A stretch of DNA of 64,000 bases. Source: Patescibacteria group bacterium. Lineage in GTDB: Bacteria > Patescibacteriota > Minisyncoccia > Phycocordibacterales > Phycocordibacteraceae. Shown piece after piece: positions 26,297-35,527 of the stretch. Both the position numbers and the translations under genes were made by a program. The stretch lies in contig JAUPKX010000007.1 in NCBI GenBank assembly GCA_030837225.1, positions 158,657 to 222,656 of the forward strand. The letters are read 5' to 3'. The first letter of the stretch is position 1; each line of letters starts with the position of its first letter. A model generated the notes under the pieces. It saw only the letters and a list, made by a program, of their open reading frames with translations, searched no databases and was not told where the DNA came from.

Positions 26297-26956
26297 ATGA
26301 ATACTTTTTCTGTTAAGGAAGCGATAAAGCACGGGTGGAACACCTTCAAATCTCGTCCGTGGCTATTCGTGCAGGCAGGAATCTTTCTATTCCTTCTGAA
26401 CTTTGGTATGAATCTCGTGCAGACCCTGCTCGAGGAAACTGGCAAGATGAACGGGGACGTCGCTGCCCTCATCTTTGGGCTTGCTTCTATGGTGCTCGGT
26501 ATTGGCGTGTCCTTCCTCATTAGCATGGGAGAGACCGCGTTCTTCCTACGCGCTCATGACAAGCCGGAAAGTGTGTCCCTTAAGGACCTCTGGCATCCTC
26601 ATCCGTACTGGAAGTTCCTCGGTACGAGTCTCCTCGCAGGTCTTATGATCCTTGGAGGTCTCATCCTGCTCATCGTTCCCGGCATTATCGTTGGCCTCAT
26701 GGTTACGTTCGTTGGCTACATCGTTATTGAGGAGAAGCTCGGTCCGATCGATGCAATCAAGCGCAGCATGGCCCTCACGAAGGGGAATCGCTGGAAGCTC
26801 TTCCAGCTCTCTCTCGCGCTTCTCCTTCTAAACATCCTCGGGTTGCTCGCGCTTCTCGTTGGTCTCTTCGTTACCATCCCTGTCTCATTCATCGCCATGG
26901 TGCATGCGTACCGGGCCCTGAAAGGGGAGGCGGTTGAAGAAGCGGTAGCGGTGTAA
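26297..26956 (+). CDS. multi-pass membrane protein, hypothetical
   Basis: Start MNTFSVKEAIKHGW right after DksA-like stop; 5-6 TM helices; track start 26207 overlaps previous gene and is rejected. Confidence 0.5.
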   Translation: MNTFSVKEAIKHGWNTFKSRPWLFVQAGIFLFLLNFGMNLVQTLLEETGKMNGDVAALIFGLASMVLGIGVSFLISMGETAFFLRAHDKPESVSLKDLWHPHPYWKFLGTSLLAGLMILGGLILLIVPGIIVGLMVTFVGYIVIEEKLGPIDAIKRSMALTKGNRWKLFQLSLALLLLNILGLLALLVGLFVTIPVSFIAMVHAYRALKGEAVEEAVAV

Positions 26957-26972
26957 GGACACTGTAAAGAGA

Positions 26973-27003
26973 AAAGCCCCGGACCAGTCCGGGGCTTTTC
27001 TCC
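26973..27003 (+). terminator. intrinsic terminator (AAAAGCCCCGGACCAGTCCGGGGCTTTTCTCC)
   Basis: Near-identical to terminator at 27765-27795. Confidence 0.6.
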
Positions 27004-27020
27004 ATTTCGGGCAGCGATGC

Positions 27021-27761
27021 ATGCTAGCATCTCAGGTAATGATTTCTGTACTGGTTGTGGCACATAACGAGGAAGCTCATATAGCAGCCTGTCTCGACTC
27101 ACTAATGCGGCAGACGCTACGACCGGAGGAGATTCTAGTCATCGTGCACAACTCGACTGATGCTACCGCCGATATCGCCAGTAAATATCTTGTGCGCGTT
27201 ATAGAGTACACGGGCCCGGCCGGATCTATCTATGCGCGCATGAAGGGATTTGAGTCTGTCGCTGGAGATATTGTGGCCTGTATCGATGGGGATGCGGAAG
27301 CGAGTCCCGGGTGGCTGCACAATATTGTGTTGCCCCTCAACAGGCCAACCGTATCGCTTGTAGGAGGACCCATCTTCTGGAAGAACACTCCTTTTATGCA
27401 GATACTAAGTCTGTGGATATTCTTTGGATACTACCCACTCACGCGTCTTCTGAAGCCAGAAGCCTTTGTAGACGTGTGGGGTGCAAACTTTGCACTTCGA
27501 ATACGAGATTACAGAGCGGTTGGTGGATTATCAGGACTTGAATCCGTACGTGATGCACTTGGTTTCGAAGAAACGTACTGGCCTGATGATTTATATCTAA
27601 CATTAAGACTTCGAACTCAAGGTTCGGTTGCCATAGCCCATCGAGCAACGGTTTCGGTTACAGGAAAGGAGCGGGGTAACGCGCATGCATTTATGCTTTC
27701 AGCACGTAATCGCAAGCGAGCACAAATGATTATTCGATATATGAGAAAAGGAAGTTTATAA
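27021..27761 (+). CDS. family 2 glycosyltransferase
   Basis: ISVLVVAHNEEAHIAACLDSLMRQTL ... CIDGDAEASPGWL (DxD) motifs. Confidence 0.75.
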   Translation: MLASQVMISVLVVAHNEEAHIAACLDSLMRQTLRPEEILVIVHNSTDATADIASKYLVRVIEYTGPAGSIYARMKGFESVAGDIVACIDGDAEASPGWLHNIVLPLNRPTVSLVGGPIFWKNTPFMQILSLWIFFGYYPLTRLLKPEAFVDVWGANFALRIRDYRAVGGLSGLESVRDALGFEETYWPDDLYLTLRLRTQGSVAIAHRATVSVTGKERGNAHAFMLSARNRKRAQMIIRYMRKGSL

Positions 27762-27764
27762 AGA

Positions 27765-27795
27765 AAAACCCCGGTCAAGTCCGGGGCTTTTCTTG
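27765..27795 (+). terminator. intrinsic terminator (AAAACCCCGGTCAAGTCCGGGGCTTTTCTTG)
   Basis: Hairpin plus T-tract; sequence family shared with 26973-27003. Confidence 0.6.
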
Positions 27796-27806
27796 TATCG
27801 CTATCT

Positions 27807-28817
27807 CTAGGACCCGAACGGGTTCTTTGCACCGCGAACCTCGAAGTGGAGGTGGTAGCCAGTAGACTGTCCGGTGTTTCCAACGGTTCCAATGTTCTGT
27901 CCGCGGACAACCGTGTCGCCAACCGATACTGCGTCAGTACTTAAGTGTGCGTAGAGCGTCTGTACGCCGTTGCCATGATCAATAACGATGTAGTTGCCGT
28001 AACCTCCGTTCCACCCGCCAACACGAGAGACAATAACGGTACCTGCTGCCGCTGCGTTAACAGCAGAACCTTGAGGGCCAGCAAGGTCCACGCCGTTCCA
28101 TCCATGGATACCTTGGGAAAGGCGAGCGGATGGTGCTGGGTTCGCGAATGAGCCGGAAGAAGTATTAGAAGTGTTGCCGGTACCAAGAACTGAACCGAGA
28201 CTGCCTCCGGTCTTAATTTTCGAAGTAGCCTTTGCAACCGCCTTCTTCACAGGAGCCTTAGCTGCTGCAATCTCGCCGCCAGGAATAATAACGGTGTCAC
28301 CTGAAGCAAGACTTCCTGAGCTTGAGAGGCCATTGAAGGACGCGATTTCGTCCGCATCTGAGCCGTAGCGCTTTGCGAGAGTCGCGAGTGTGTCGCCTGA
28401 TGCTACTTTATGGCGAATACCAGAGACCGGAAGGATAACGAGGGTCATACCCGGGCGTACTGCGCCCTTATTTGAAAGGTTGTTGGCCCAAAGGATCGTG
28501 TTCATCGATACGTCGAACATATCCGCGATGCCAGAGAGGGAATCGCCGTCACGAACGGTATAGGTAGAAATGCGGCCAGAGGACGCGGTGCGGTCGATGT
28601 CCGCGATAGTGCCATCAGGACCGGTATAGGCAATAAGCGCTGAGCCGCCAGTAGTAGCGATGCCTCCACGACCCTTAGCCGGGTTCGGGTCAGTGTTTAC
28701 GGCCGCATCGAGGAGGTCGATGCTGCTGTCATGGACCATAGGTACGGTCGAAGTGCCGTCCGAAGCTCTCGTAACAGAAAAGGGCCAGAATGCACCGGCG
28801 GTGCGTGGCATAAGCAT
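27807..28817 (-). CDS. LysM-domain M23 family metallopeptidase
   Basis: Two LysM repeats (YTVRDGDSLSGIADMF; HKVASGDTLATLAKRYG) and M23 motifs HxxxD...HLHFE (YIVIDHGNGVQTLYAHL...GYHLHFEV). Confidence 0.85.
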   Translation of the reverse strand: MLMPRTAGAFWPFSVTRASDGTSTVPMVHDSSIDLLDAAVNTDPNPAKGRGGIATTGGSALIAYTGPDGTIADIDRTASSGRISTYTVRDGDSLSGIADMFDVSMNTILWANNLSNKGAVRPGMTLVILPVSGIRHKVASGDTLATLAKRYGSDADEIASFNGLSSSGSLASGDTVIIPGGEIAAAKAPVKKAVAKATSKIKTGGSLGSVLGTGNTSNTSSGSFANPAPSARLSQGIHGWNGVDLAGPQGSAVNAAAAGTVIVSRVGGWNGGYGNYIVIDHGNGVQTLYAHLSTDAVSVGDTVVRGQNIGTVGNTGQSTGYHLHFEVRGAKNPFGS

Positions 28818-29101
28818 GATTCCTATCCCCAGAAGGAGGCTTGCGGCGATTAGAGCGCCAGGAATCCAGTATGTGTTACGGTCGAGAGCAACTGCTGCAG
28901 GACCGAAAGCTTTGGTGGTTTCAGTTATAGGGGAAACAGGGGATCTTCAGCGTTTCTTCAGAATACAAAAACGGCTTAGGTAAGCCATCTCTTGAGTATC
29001 AGGTAATCATTCGATGAAGGTAGTATAAACGCTCCTGGGGTAGGGTCAACCCATAGAAAAAGAGGGTGTTGAGAGCGAATTTCGGGTATAGTTGAGGAAG
29101 C

Positions 29102-32100
29102 ATGCAGCACCTCGAAGGCCTTAACGACGCGCAACGGGAAGCCGTCCTAGCCACCGAGGGTCCGGTCTCAGTCCTCGCGGGTGCCGGATCGGGCAAAACA
29201 CGGGTTCTAACCACCCGCATCTACCATCTTATAAAGGAAGGGGTGCCCGCTAACCGGATTCTCGCCGTTACCTTCACCAACAAGGCCGCCCGAGAGATGA
29301 GAGAGCGCCTCGCGCACAGACTCGGGGATAGTCCGCTCCCGTTTGTAGCTACGTTCCATGGCCTTGGCCGGGATATTCTCCAGCGATACGGCAGTCGCAT
29401 TGGTATCTCTCGTTATTTCACGATATTTGATCGCGATGACTCGAAATCCGCCATAAAGAGGGTATTGAAGGAGATGGATATCGACCCAAAGGAGATGAAT
29501 CCAAACTTTGTCCTTTCCCGCATCTCGAAAGAAAAGGGAGAAGGCTCCACTCCCGATGCTTTCCGTGAGAAGTACGCACAGAAGAGCTTCCAGTCCCGTG
29601 TTATCGCTGAAGTCTGGCCCAAGTACGAAGCAATACTCAAGAAGGAGAAGGCGCTCGACTTCGACGATCTTATTTGTCTTCCGGTGCGCTTGCTTCGCGA
29701 GCACGAGGACATCCGTAGGGAAGCGGAGCAGCTCTACAGCCACGTACACGTGGACGAGTTCCAAGACACCAACGAACTGCAGGGCAAGCTCGTCGACATG
29801 CTCACACAACCACAGAACAATGTGTTCGTGGTAGGGGATATTGACCAGTGTCTTCTTGCCGGAACAGAAGTGCGCATGGCAGATGGTTCGAAAAAATCTA
29901 TCGAACTAATTCAAGAAGGGGATTCTGTTCTGTCTAATTTTGGAAGTGGGGATATGCGGGCCGCAAGCGTTATAAGAGCCATGAAGCGAGAGTTCTCTGG
30001 AGACTTGGTTCACATCATCACTATGTCTGGACGCACCCTTACAAGCACGCCGGAGCATATTCACTTTGCCGGATACCGACTAGGTGTCGTACCCCAGAAA
30101 TACTTTACCTACCTGATGTACAAAAAGGGGAAAGGGTGGCGTCTTGGCGTCTCGCAGACCTATACCAACGGCCAGCGCGCGCCCATGATCGGATTTCAGC
30201 AGCGATGCAACCAAGAGCACGGGGACAGTGTGTGGATTGTTGGCGTATTTGACTCGGCACAGGAAGCACGCGTGCACGAGTACAAACTCTCGTTAACGTA
30301 TGGCATTCCAACGCTCCCTTTCGTAGCGCGAAAGGGAAGCGTAGGCGGGTATATCCATGACCAGGAAACGCTTGATGCGGTATTCGCATCATTCGATACT
30401 GATGCCGCCGCAAGAAAACTCTTATCAGACCGTGGACTCTCTCTTTCCTATCCCCATCATCGTGCTCAAGCAACGCGCAGCAACAGAAGGAATATTCTTA
30501 TCACACTATGTGGGGACCACAGGGGTAGCACACCCATGCATCGCATATCGATTGTTGGGAGCGATGATATAGGAAAAGAGGCACTGGTAGCGGCAGGATT
30601 TTCAGTACGTTCAGCAGGGTTAGGTTCGATGAGTTGGAGATTTGAGACCGCCCATGCCGATTACGGCAAGGCGAGAGAAATCTCTGATCGACTCCTCATA
30701 ATATTTCCAGATGCTCAGGTCGTAGAAACCGCGCGTCTCGGAGGAAAGAAAACAAACCCTAAGGATTCGAACTCATTGCCATTTCTTCCCGCTGCCTCGG
30801 TGCTGCCAGGTATGGCCATGTTCGACGACGAAGCTGGATGGGATATCGTCGAGTCTGTAGAACGTGTTCCTGGGAACAAGATACCCGTCTATGACTTAAA
30901 CATTGAAGGGACACATAACTTCATTGCAAACGGTCTTTCAACACACAATTGTATCTACACCTGGCGAGGCGCTACAATCGAGAACCTGCTCAAGTTCGAA
31001 GAGCAGTACGAGAACGCAAAGACCATCGTGCTCGCGCATAACTATCGTTCAACAAAAACAATTGTTGCTGCAGGAAACCAGATAATCGAGAAGAATCAGA
31101 ACCGCAAGGATAAGCATGCAGTAACCGACAACGCGGATGGGGAACCGATACGCTTACACATTGCGCGCAACGCAGAAAGCGAAGCTCGATGGGTGGCGCG
31201 TGAAGCGAGGAAAGCTATACGGGAAGGCGTTTTACCTGAAGAAGTTGCCGTACTGTTCCGTACGAACTTCCAGTCTCGTGCTCTTGAGGAAGCGTTCCTC
31301 TCAGAAGGCCTCCCATACAAGGTGCTCGGTACGCGCTTCCTTGATCGCAAAGAAGTGAAGGACGTACTCGCATGGGTCAGACTTGCACTTGATCCAGAAC
31401 GCGAAGTGGACCGCATCCGCGCCGTACAGGCACCAACGCGCGGAATAGGGAAAGTGACCCTCGGCAAGCTTATCGACGGAAAGAGGGACACTTTGAAGCC
31501 TGCAGAAGTGAAGAAGGTAGCGGCATTCGAAGCTATCGTTATGGAACTGAACGAACTCGCAAAGATTGCGGTGCCGAGCGAATTCGTAAAGCTCGTCATT
31601 GAGCGCTCAGGATTAGCCGAAGCGCTGCGTAAGGGCGGGGAAGAGGACGCCGAGCGCCTTGAGAACGCGAAGGAGCTCGCAACCTTAGCCAGCCGCTATG
31701 ACGGCATGCCAGGAGAGGAGGGAATTGCAGCATTTCTGGCGGAGTCCGCCTTAGCTGGCGACCAAGACGAGCTCGACGCACCAGGCACTGCCGGCATTAC
31801 CCTTATGACCGTACACGCAGCCAAGGGACTTGAGTTCGATACCGTATTTGTTACCGGCATGGAGCAGGGATTGTTCCCGCACGAAGCGAGAGAGGGGGAG
31901 AAGCGGGACGAGGAAGAGGAGCGCCGCTTGTTCTATGTAGCGGTTACGCGCGCAAAGCGCAGGCTTAATCTCACGCTCGCAACCGTTCGTCGCATCTATG
32001 GCACCGACTTCGCCTCGGAACCTTCCATGTTCATCCGCGACATAGACGAGGGGCTTATCAGTTTCTCAGAAGGGGACGAGCTCTATGGAGAGCGTACGAT

Positions 32101-32110
32101 ATACATCTAG
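29102..32110 (+). CDS. uvrD: UvrD/PcrA-family DNA helicase interrupted by an intein in motif III
   Basis: Walker A AGSGKTRVLT, DEFQDT, then VVGDIDQ | intein | CIYTWRGA, downstream helicase motifs IV-VI. Confidence 0.9.
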   Translation: MQHLEGLNDAQREAVLATEGPVSVLAGAGSGKTRVLTTRIYHLIKEGVPANRILAVTFTNKAAREMRERLAHRLGDSPLPFVATFHGLGRDILQRYGSRIGISRYFTIFDRDDSKSAIKRVLKEMDIDPKEMNPNFVLSRISKEKGEGSTPDAFREKYAQKSFQSRVIAEVWPKYEAILKKEKALDFDDLICLPVRLLREHEDIRREAEQLYSHVHVDEFQDTNELQGKLVDMLTQPQNNVFVVGDIDQCLLAGTEVRMADGSKKSIELIQEGDSVLSNFGSGDMRAASVIRAMKREFSGDLVHIITMSGRTLTSTPEHIHFAGYRLGVVPQKYFTYLMYKKGKGWRLGVSQTYTNGQRAPMIGFQQRCNQEHGDSVWIVGVFDSAQEARVHEYKLSLTYGIPTLPFVARKGSVGGYIHDQETLDAVFASFDTDAAARKLLSDRGLSLSYPHHRAQATRSNRRNILITLCGDHRGSTPMHRISIVGSDDIGKEALVAAGFSVRSAGLGSMSWRFETAHADYGKAREISDRLLIIFPDAQVVETARLGGKKTNPKDSNSLPFLPAASVLPGMAMFDDEAGWDIVESVERVPGNKIPVYDLNIEGTHNFIANGLSTHNCIYTWRGATIENLLKFEEQYENAKTIVLAHNYRSTKTIVAAGNQIIEKNQNRKDKHAVTDNADGEPIRLHIARNAESEARWVAREARKAIREGVLPEEVAVLFRTNFQSRALEEAFLSEGLPYKVLGTRFLDRKEVKDVLAWVRLALDPEREVDRIRAVQAPTRGIGKVTLGKLIDGKRDTLKPAEVKKVAAFEAIVMELNELAKIAVPSEFVKLVIERSGLAEALRKGGEEDAERLENAKELATLASRYDGMPGEEGIAAFLAESALAGDQDELDAPGTAGITLMTVHAAKGLEFDTVFVTGMEQGLFPHEAREGEKRDEEEERRLFYVAVTRAKRRLNLTLATVRRIYGTDFASEPSMFIRDIDEGLISFSEGDELYGERTIYI
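29849..30949 (+). mobile_element. intein (367 aa) within uvrD
   Basis: Starts Cys (CLLAGTEVRMADG), block B GRTLTSTPEH, C-terminal VYDLNIEGTHNFIANGLSTHN followed by +1 Cys; flanking extein halves re-form helicase motif III. Confidence 0.8.
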
Positions 32111-32111
32111 T

Positions 32112-32894
32112 ATGCTCGCCAAGAAATCCCTCGGACAGAACTTTCTTATGCATCGGCAGACTGCCGAGCGTATCGTTGGTGCAGCCCTCCTTCCAGAGAA
32201 CGCTCAAGTGCTTGAGATTGGACCAGGGACCGGCATGCTTACACGTGAACTGCTTAATGCAGGCATGCGTGTTATCGCGGTTGAATCGGACTATGTACTT
32301 ATACCTGAACTCGAGGAGACCTTTAGGAATGAGATAGAGGAGGGAACACTTACACTTGAGCGCGCAGACATACGAACGTTTGATACGACGAGCATCAAGG
32401 GGACGTATCATTTGGTTGCGAACATCCCGTACTACATAACCGGCGAGATCATCCGGCAGTTCTTAACGAGCCCAAACCAGCCAGCGTCTATGACGCTTCT
32501 CGTCCAGAAAGAGGTAGCGATTCGTATCGCCCGAGAGAAGAAGGAGAGTCTTTTGTCTTTGTCCGTAAAGGTATACGGGGTACCAAACTACTGCTTTACG
32601 GTGCCACGCGGCGCGTTTAAACCAGCCCCGAACGTTGATTCAGCGGTACTACGTATTGGGAACATAAGTCGCACTGGTTTTACTGATGCTTCCGAGGAAG
32701 AGCGGTTCTTCGAGGTTATCCGTGCTGGATTCGCACACAAACGAAAGCGTCTTGCGAAGAATCTTGAAGAGAAGTTCTCGAAAGAGATGGTTGCGGGTGC
32801 ATTTGGCGCAGCTGTCCTTGATGCGAATGTACGTGCCGAGGACCTCTCGCTCGAGACCTGGAAGGTGCTCACGAGAGAACTGAAGTCTTCATAA
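32112..32894 (+). CDS. rsmA: 16S rRNA (adenine1518/1519-N6)-dimethyltransferase
   Basis: LGQNFL, SAM-binding EIGPGTGMLT, NIPY motifs of KsgA/RsmA; start overlaps uvrD stop. Confidence 0.9.
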   Translation: MLAKKSLGQNFLMHRQTAERIVGAALLPENAQVLEIGPGTGMLTRELLNAGMRVIAVESDYVLIPELEETFRNEIEEGTLTLERADIRTFDTTSIKGTYHLVANIPYYITGEIIRQFLTSPNQPASMTLLVQKEVAIRIAREKKESLLSLSVKVYGVPNYCFTVPRGAFKPAPNVDSAVLRIGNISRTGFTDASEEERFFEVIRAGFAHKRKRLAKNLEEKFSKEMVAGAFGAAVLDANVRAEDLSLETWKVLTRELKSS

Positions 32895-32977
32895 AACACC
32901 ATGCACTAATGCACATGTACCTCTATAGGTAGATGAAGGGGGGATGAGCCTGCGTGCTATTATTTTGATACTGAATT

Positions 32978-33994
32978 ATGGCTCATTCTACCCGCACCCT
33001 CCGCATCGCAGGCGCATCTTTACTCGCTGTTTTCATGGTCGGCGGCACATATCTTTCGACAGGACCTAATCCCTTCTTTGGCATGACGCGCATCGCAGGC
33101 GCGCAGTCCTCAGAAGAACTTCTTCGTGAGTATGCCGCTAAGGATAGCGACGCTGACGGACTTCCTGATTGGCAGGAATCCTTGTATGGGACCGATCCCT
33201 TGAATCCTGAATCCTTCCAGGCAGGGATTAAGGACGGGGAAGCGGTTGCTCAGGGTCTTATCGAGCCGAAGGTTGTTGTTCGTCCGGAAGAGGAACCGAT
33301 TGACCCGAATAGTATCCCGGGTATCGATGCGGTTCCTGATTCGCTCACCGATCGATTCTCTCAGACTCTCCTAAAGCAGTATCTGCTTAATAAGGGGACC
33401 GAACCACCCACACAAGAGGAAATACTCGCGTTCGTGCAGCAGGGTGTCGCGGAACTCTCCGCGACCTTTGTGCCGAAAGATGCCTACAGTTCTGCACAGG
33501 TGCGCTCTTCCGGTACTTCCGGGGAAGCTGCTCTGCGTGCGTATGCGGCACAAGTAGATGCTGCATTTGAAACACATACCGTGTCCTCAGAGAAGAACGA
33601 GCTCTTCTATTTCGAGGATGCTATGAAGGGCAGCACGAGTGCTCTTAAGAAGATTGCTGATATCAGCGAGGCATACACCAATATCGCTGACGCGCTTATG
33701 GACATCCCGGTACCACAAGAAGCACAGCGTGCTCACCTTTCGATCGTGAACGCGCTCATGCAGATGAGTGATGTGACCGAGCACATGGCTTCAATGGAGA
33801 GCGATCCACTTCGAGCGCTCATGGGTATCGGACTGTATCAGCAGTCTGCTGACCGGGTTGTTACCGCCCTTACCGGCATGCACGGAATCTTTACTGCTCT
33901 ACAGGTAACGATACCGGCTGGGACGGACGGATATGAACTGGTTCAGATGGCGAACTATGCCGCGCAGGTTTCTGCTAAGAACTCAGCACAATAG
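32978..33994 (+). CDS. membrane-anchored hypothetical protein, first gene of T4SS-like operon
   Basis: N-terminal TM LRIAGASLLAVFMVGGTYL; no recognised domain. Confidence 0.45.
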   Translation: MAHSTRTLRIAGASLLAVFMVGGTYLSTGPNPFFGMTRIAGAQSSEELLREYAAKDSDADGLPDWQESLYGTDPLNPESFQAGIKDGEAVAQGLIEPKVVVRPEEEPIDPNSIPGIDAVPDSLTDRFSQTLLKQYLLNKGTEPPTQEEILAFVQQGVAELSATFVPKDAYSSAQVRSSGTSGEAALRAYAAQVDAAFETHTVSSEKNELFYFEDAMKGSTSALKKIADISEAYTNIADALMDIPVPQEAQRAHLSIVNALMQMSDVTEHMASMESDPLRALMGIGLYQQSADRVVTALTGMHGIFTALQVTIPAGTDGYELVQMANYAAQVSAKNSAQ

Positions 33995-33995
33995 T

Positions 33996-35477
33996 ATGTC
34001 TTTCTTCTCAAACTCTCGCTCCATACTTGCAGGACTCGCGTTTCTCCTCATGCTCAGCGTAGCGACGCCAGCTCATGCGCAGGTTCCAATTCCAGCACCA
34101 CAACCTGTTGTAGACGTTTTGGGTGTTCCTGTTCAAAAACTGAATCTGATAGAGAGTATCGTAAGTGCCGCGAATAGCGCGGCTGATCACACGCTCGAGT
34201 ATGTTTTGAACGGGCTCGCGTGGGATGTCGCGAACCTCGCCATTGAGTCCATGACGAAGAGTATCGTTAACTGGATTAACTCGGGCTTCGAAGGCTCTCC
34301 TGCCTTCGTTACGGATCTCGAATACAACTTGCGCGGCTTAAGCGATGCGGTCGCCGACCGTTTCTTTGATGAGCTTGCGGTATCTACGCAAGCCATTTTT
34401 GAGGCTAATGGCCAGGACAGAGTGCTCGACGCTGTCCGGCTCGCATATTACCTGCGCACGAGCCCTGAATCCTTCTATGTACGGTACCCAAATACTCTTG
34501 GCCAGGTAAGTTCAGACCATCGCGCATTTCTTGATGGGGATTTTAGCCAGGGAGGCTGGAACGCCTGGATTTCAGCCAGCCTTAACCTGACCAACAATCC
34601 GTATGGTCAGCGAGCACTTCTTGAGGACGAGCTTTCAGGACTCCTCGCAAGCGCAACAGGCAACCGTCTTCAGGAATTGTCGTGGGGAAGCGGTTTCCGC
34701 TCACTACGTGCGTGTGACACCGAAGGTACGGGACCCGCAATTGCCTCCTCTACGGAAATCAGCCTGAGCGGTGTCGAGCCGTGTGCTTTTGGAGAGATGC
34801 GTACACCTGGCTCGGTGATCCAGCGCCAGTTGAACGATGCTCTTGGTTCCGGTAGGGATCGGCTCATCGTTGCGGATGATTTTAACGAGATCGTCGGTGC
34901 TCTTCTAAACCAGCTCGTCGGCCATGTACTTGGTGCAAACAATTCTGGAGGTTTGAGTGGAGTTTCTCGCCCATCAGCTGGTGGCGGTGCTTCGTTCCTC
35001 GACCGGTCAACAGATCCTTCGCAGAATACGGGAAGTGGTGTTCGTACTGCTGCTTCCTTCACCGCAACAATCGAGGATCAGCGTCGTATCGTTAAAACAT
35101 ATCAAGCGAACTGGGAGAAGATACGCGGCGCAGCGGATACCGCAGCAGCAAAGTGCCCGAACAACTCTGACGCGGAGAACGTAGTGACCAGAGCACAAGC
35201 GGCACTAATAAAGGCGGCGGATGCGTTAGCGAAGTTCGATGACCTCCTTTCGCGCATTGCAGCAGCGAATGCTGCGGGAGGGAATCAGAGTACCGCAATA
35301 TCAGGAATTGCGAACGATTTCACTATTCTTAGCCGTTCAGTAATTGTTCCAACTGGAGAGGAGATAGCAGAAGCCAAGATAGAGTCGCAGGATACTGGAG
35401 ACCTCGAGCCAGGCTCGCTCTACAGCCAGATGGTGCGTGCTGCGAAAGCTACCTCATGCCAGGCGAGTGGGGAGTAA
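33996..35477 (+). CDS. secreted hypothetical protein (T4SS-like operon)
   Basis: Signal peptide MSFFSNSRSILAGLAFLLMLSVATPAHAQ; track start 33933 overlaps previous gene. Confidence 0.45.
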   Translation: MSFFSNSRSILAGLAFLLMLSVATPAHAQVPIPAPQPVVDVLGVPVQKLNLIESIVSAANSAADHTLEYVLNGLAWDVANLAIESMTKSIVNWINSGFEGSPAFVTDLEYNLRGLSDAVADRFFDELAVSTQAIFEANGQDRVLDAVRLAYYLRTSPESFYVRYPNTLGQVSSDHRAFLDGDFSQGGWNAWISASLNLTNNPYGQRALLEDELSGLLASATGNRLQELSWGSGFRSLRACDTEGTGPAIASSTEISLSGVEPCAFGEMRTPGSVIQRQLNDALGSGRDRLIVADDFNEIVGALLNQLVGHVLGANNSGGLSGVSRPSAGGGASFLDRSTDPSQNTGSGVRTAASFTATIEDQRRIVKTYQANWEKIRGAADTAAAKCPNNSDAENVVTRAQAALIKAADALAKFDDLLSRIAAANAAGGNQSTAISGIANDFTILSRSVIVPTGEEIAEAKIESQDTGDLEPGSLYSQMVRAAKATSCQASGE

Positions 35478-35527
35478 TTCCTATGATACGGACCTTACTT
35501 GAGAGGATTCGTAGGGGAGGATTGTCT

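Noticed and set aside
29207-29809. 200-aa minus-strand ORF and other antisense ORFs within uvrD
   Set aside because: Antisense to conserved helicase motifs.
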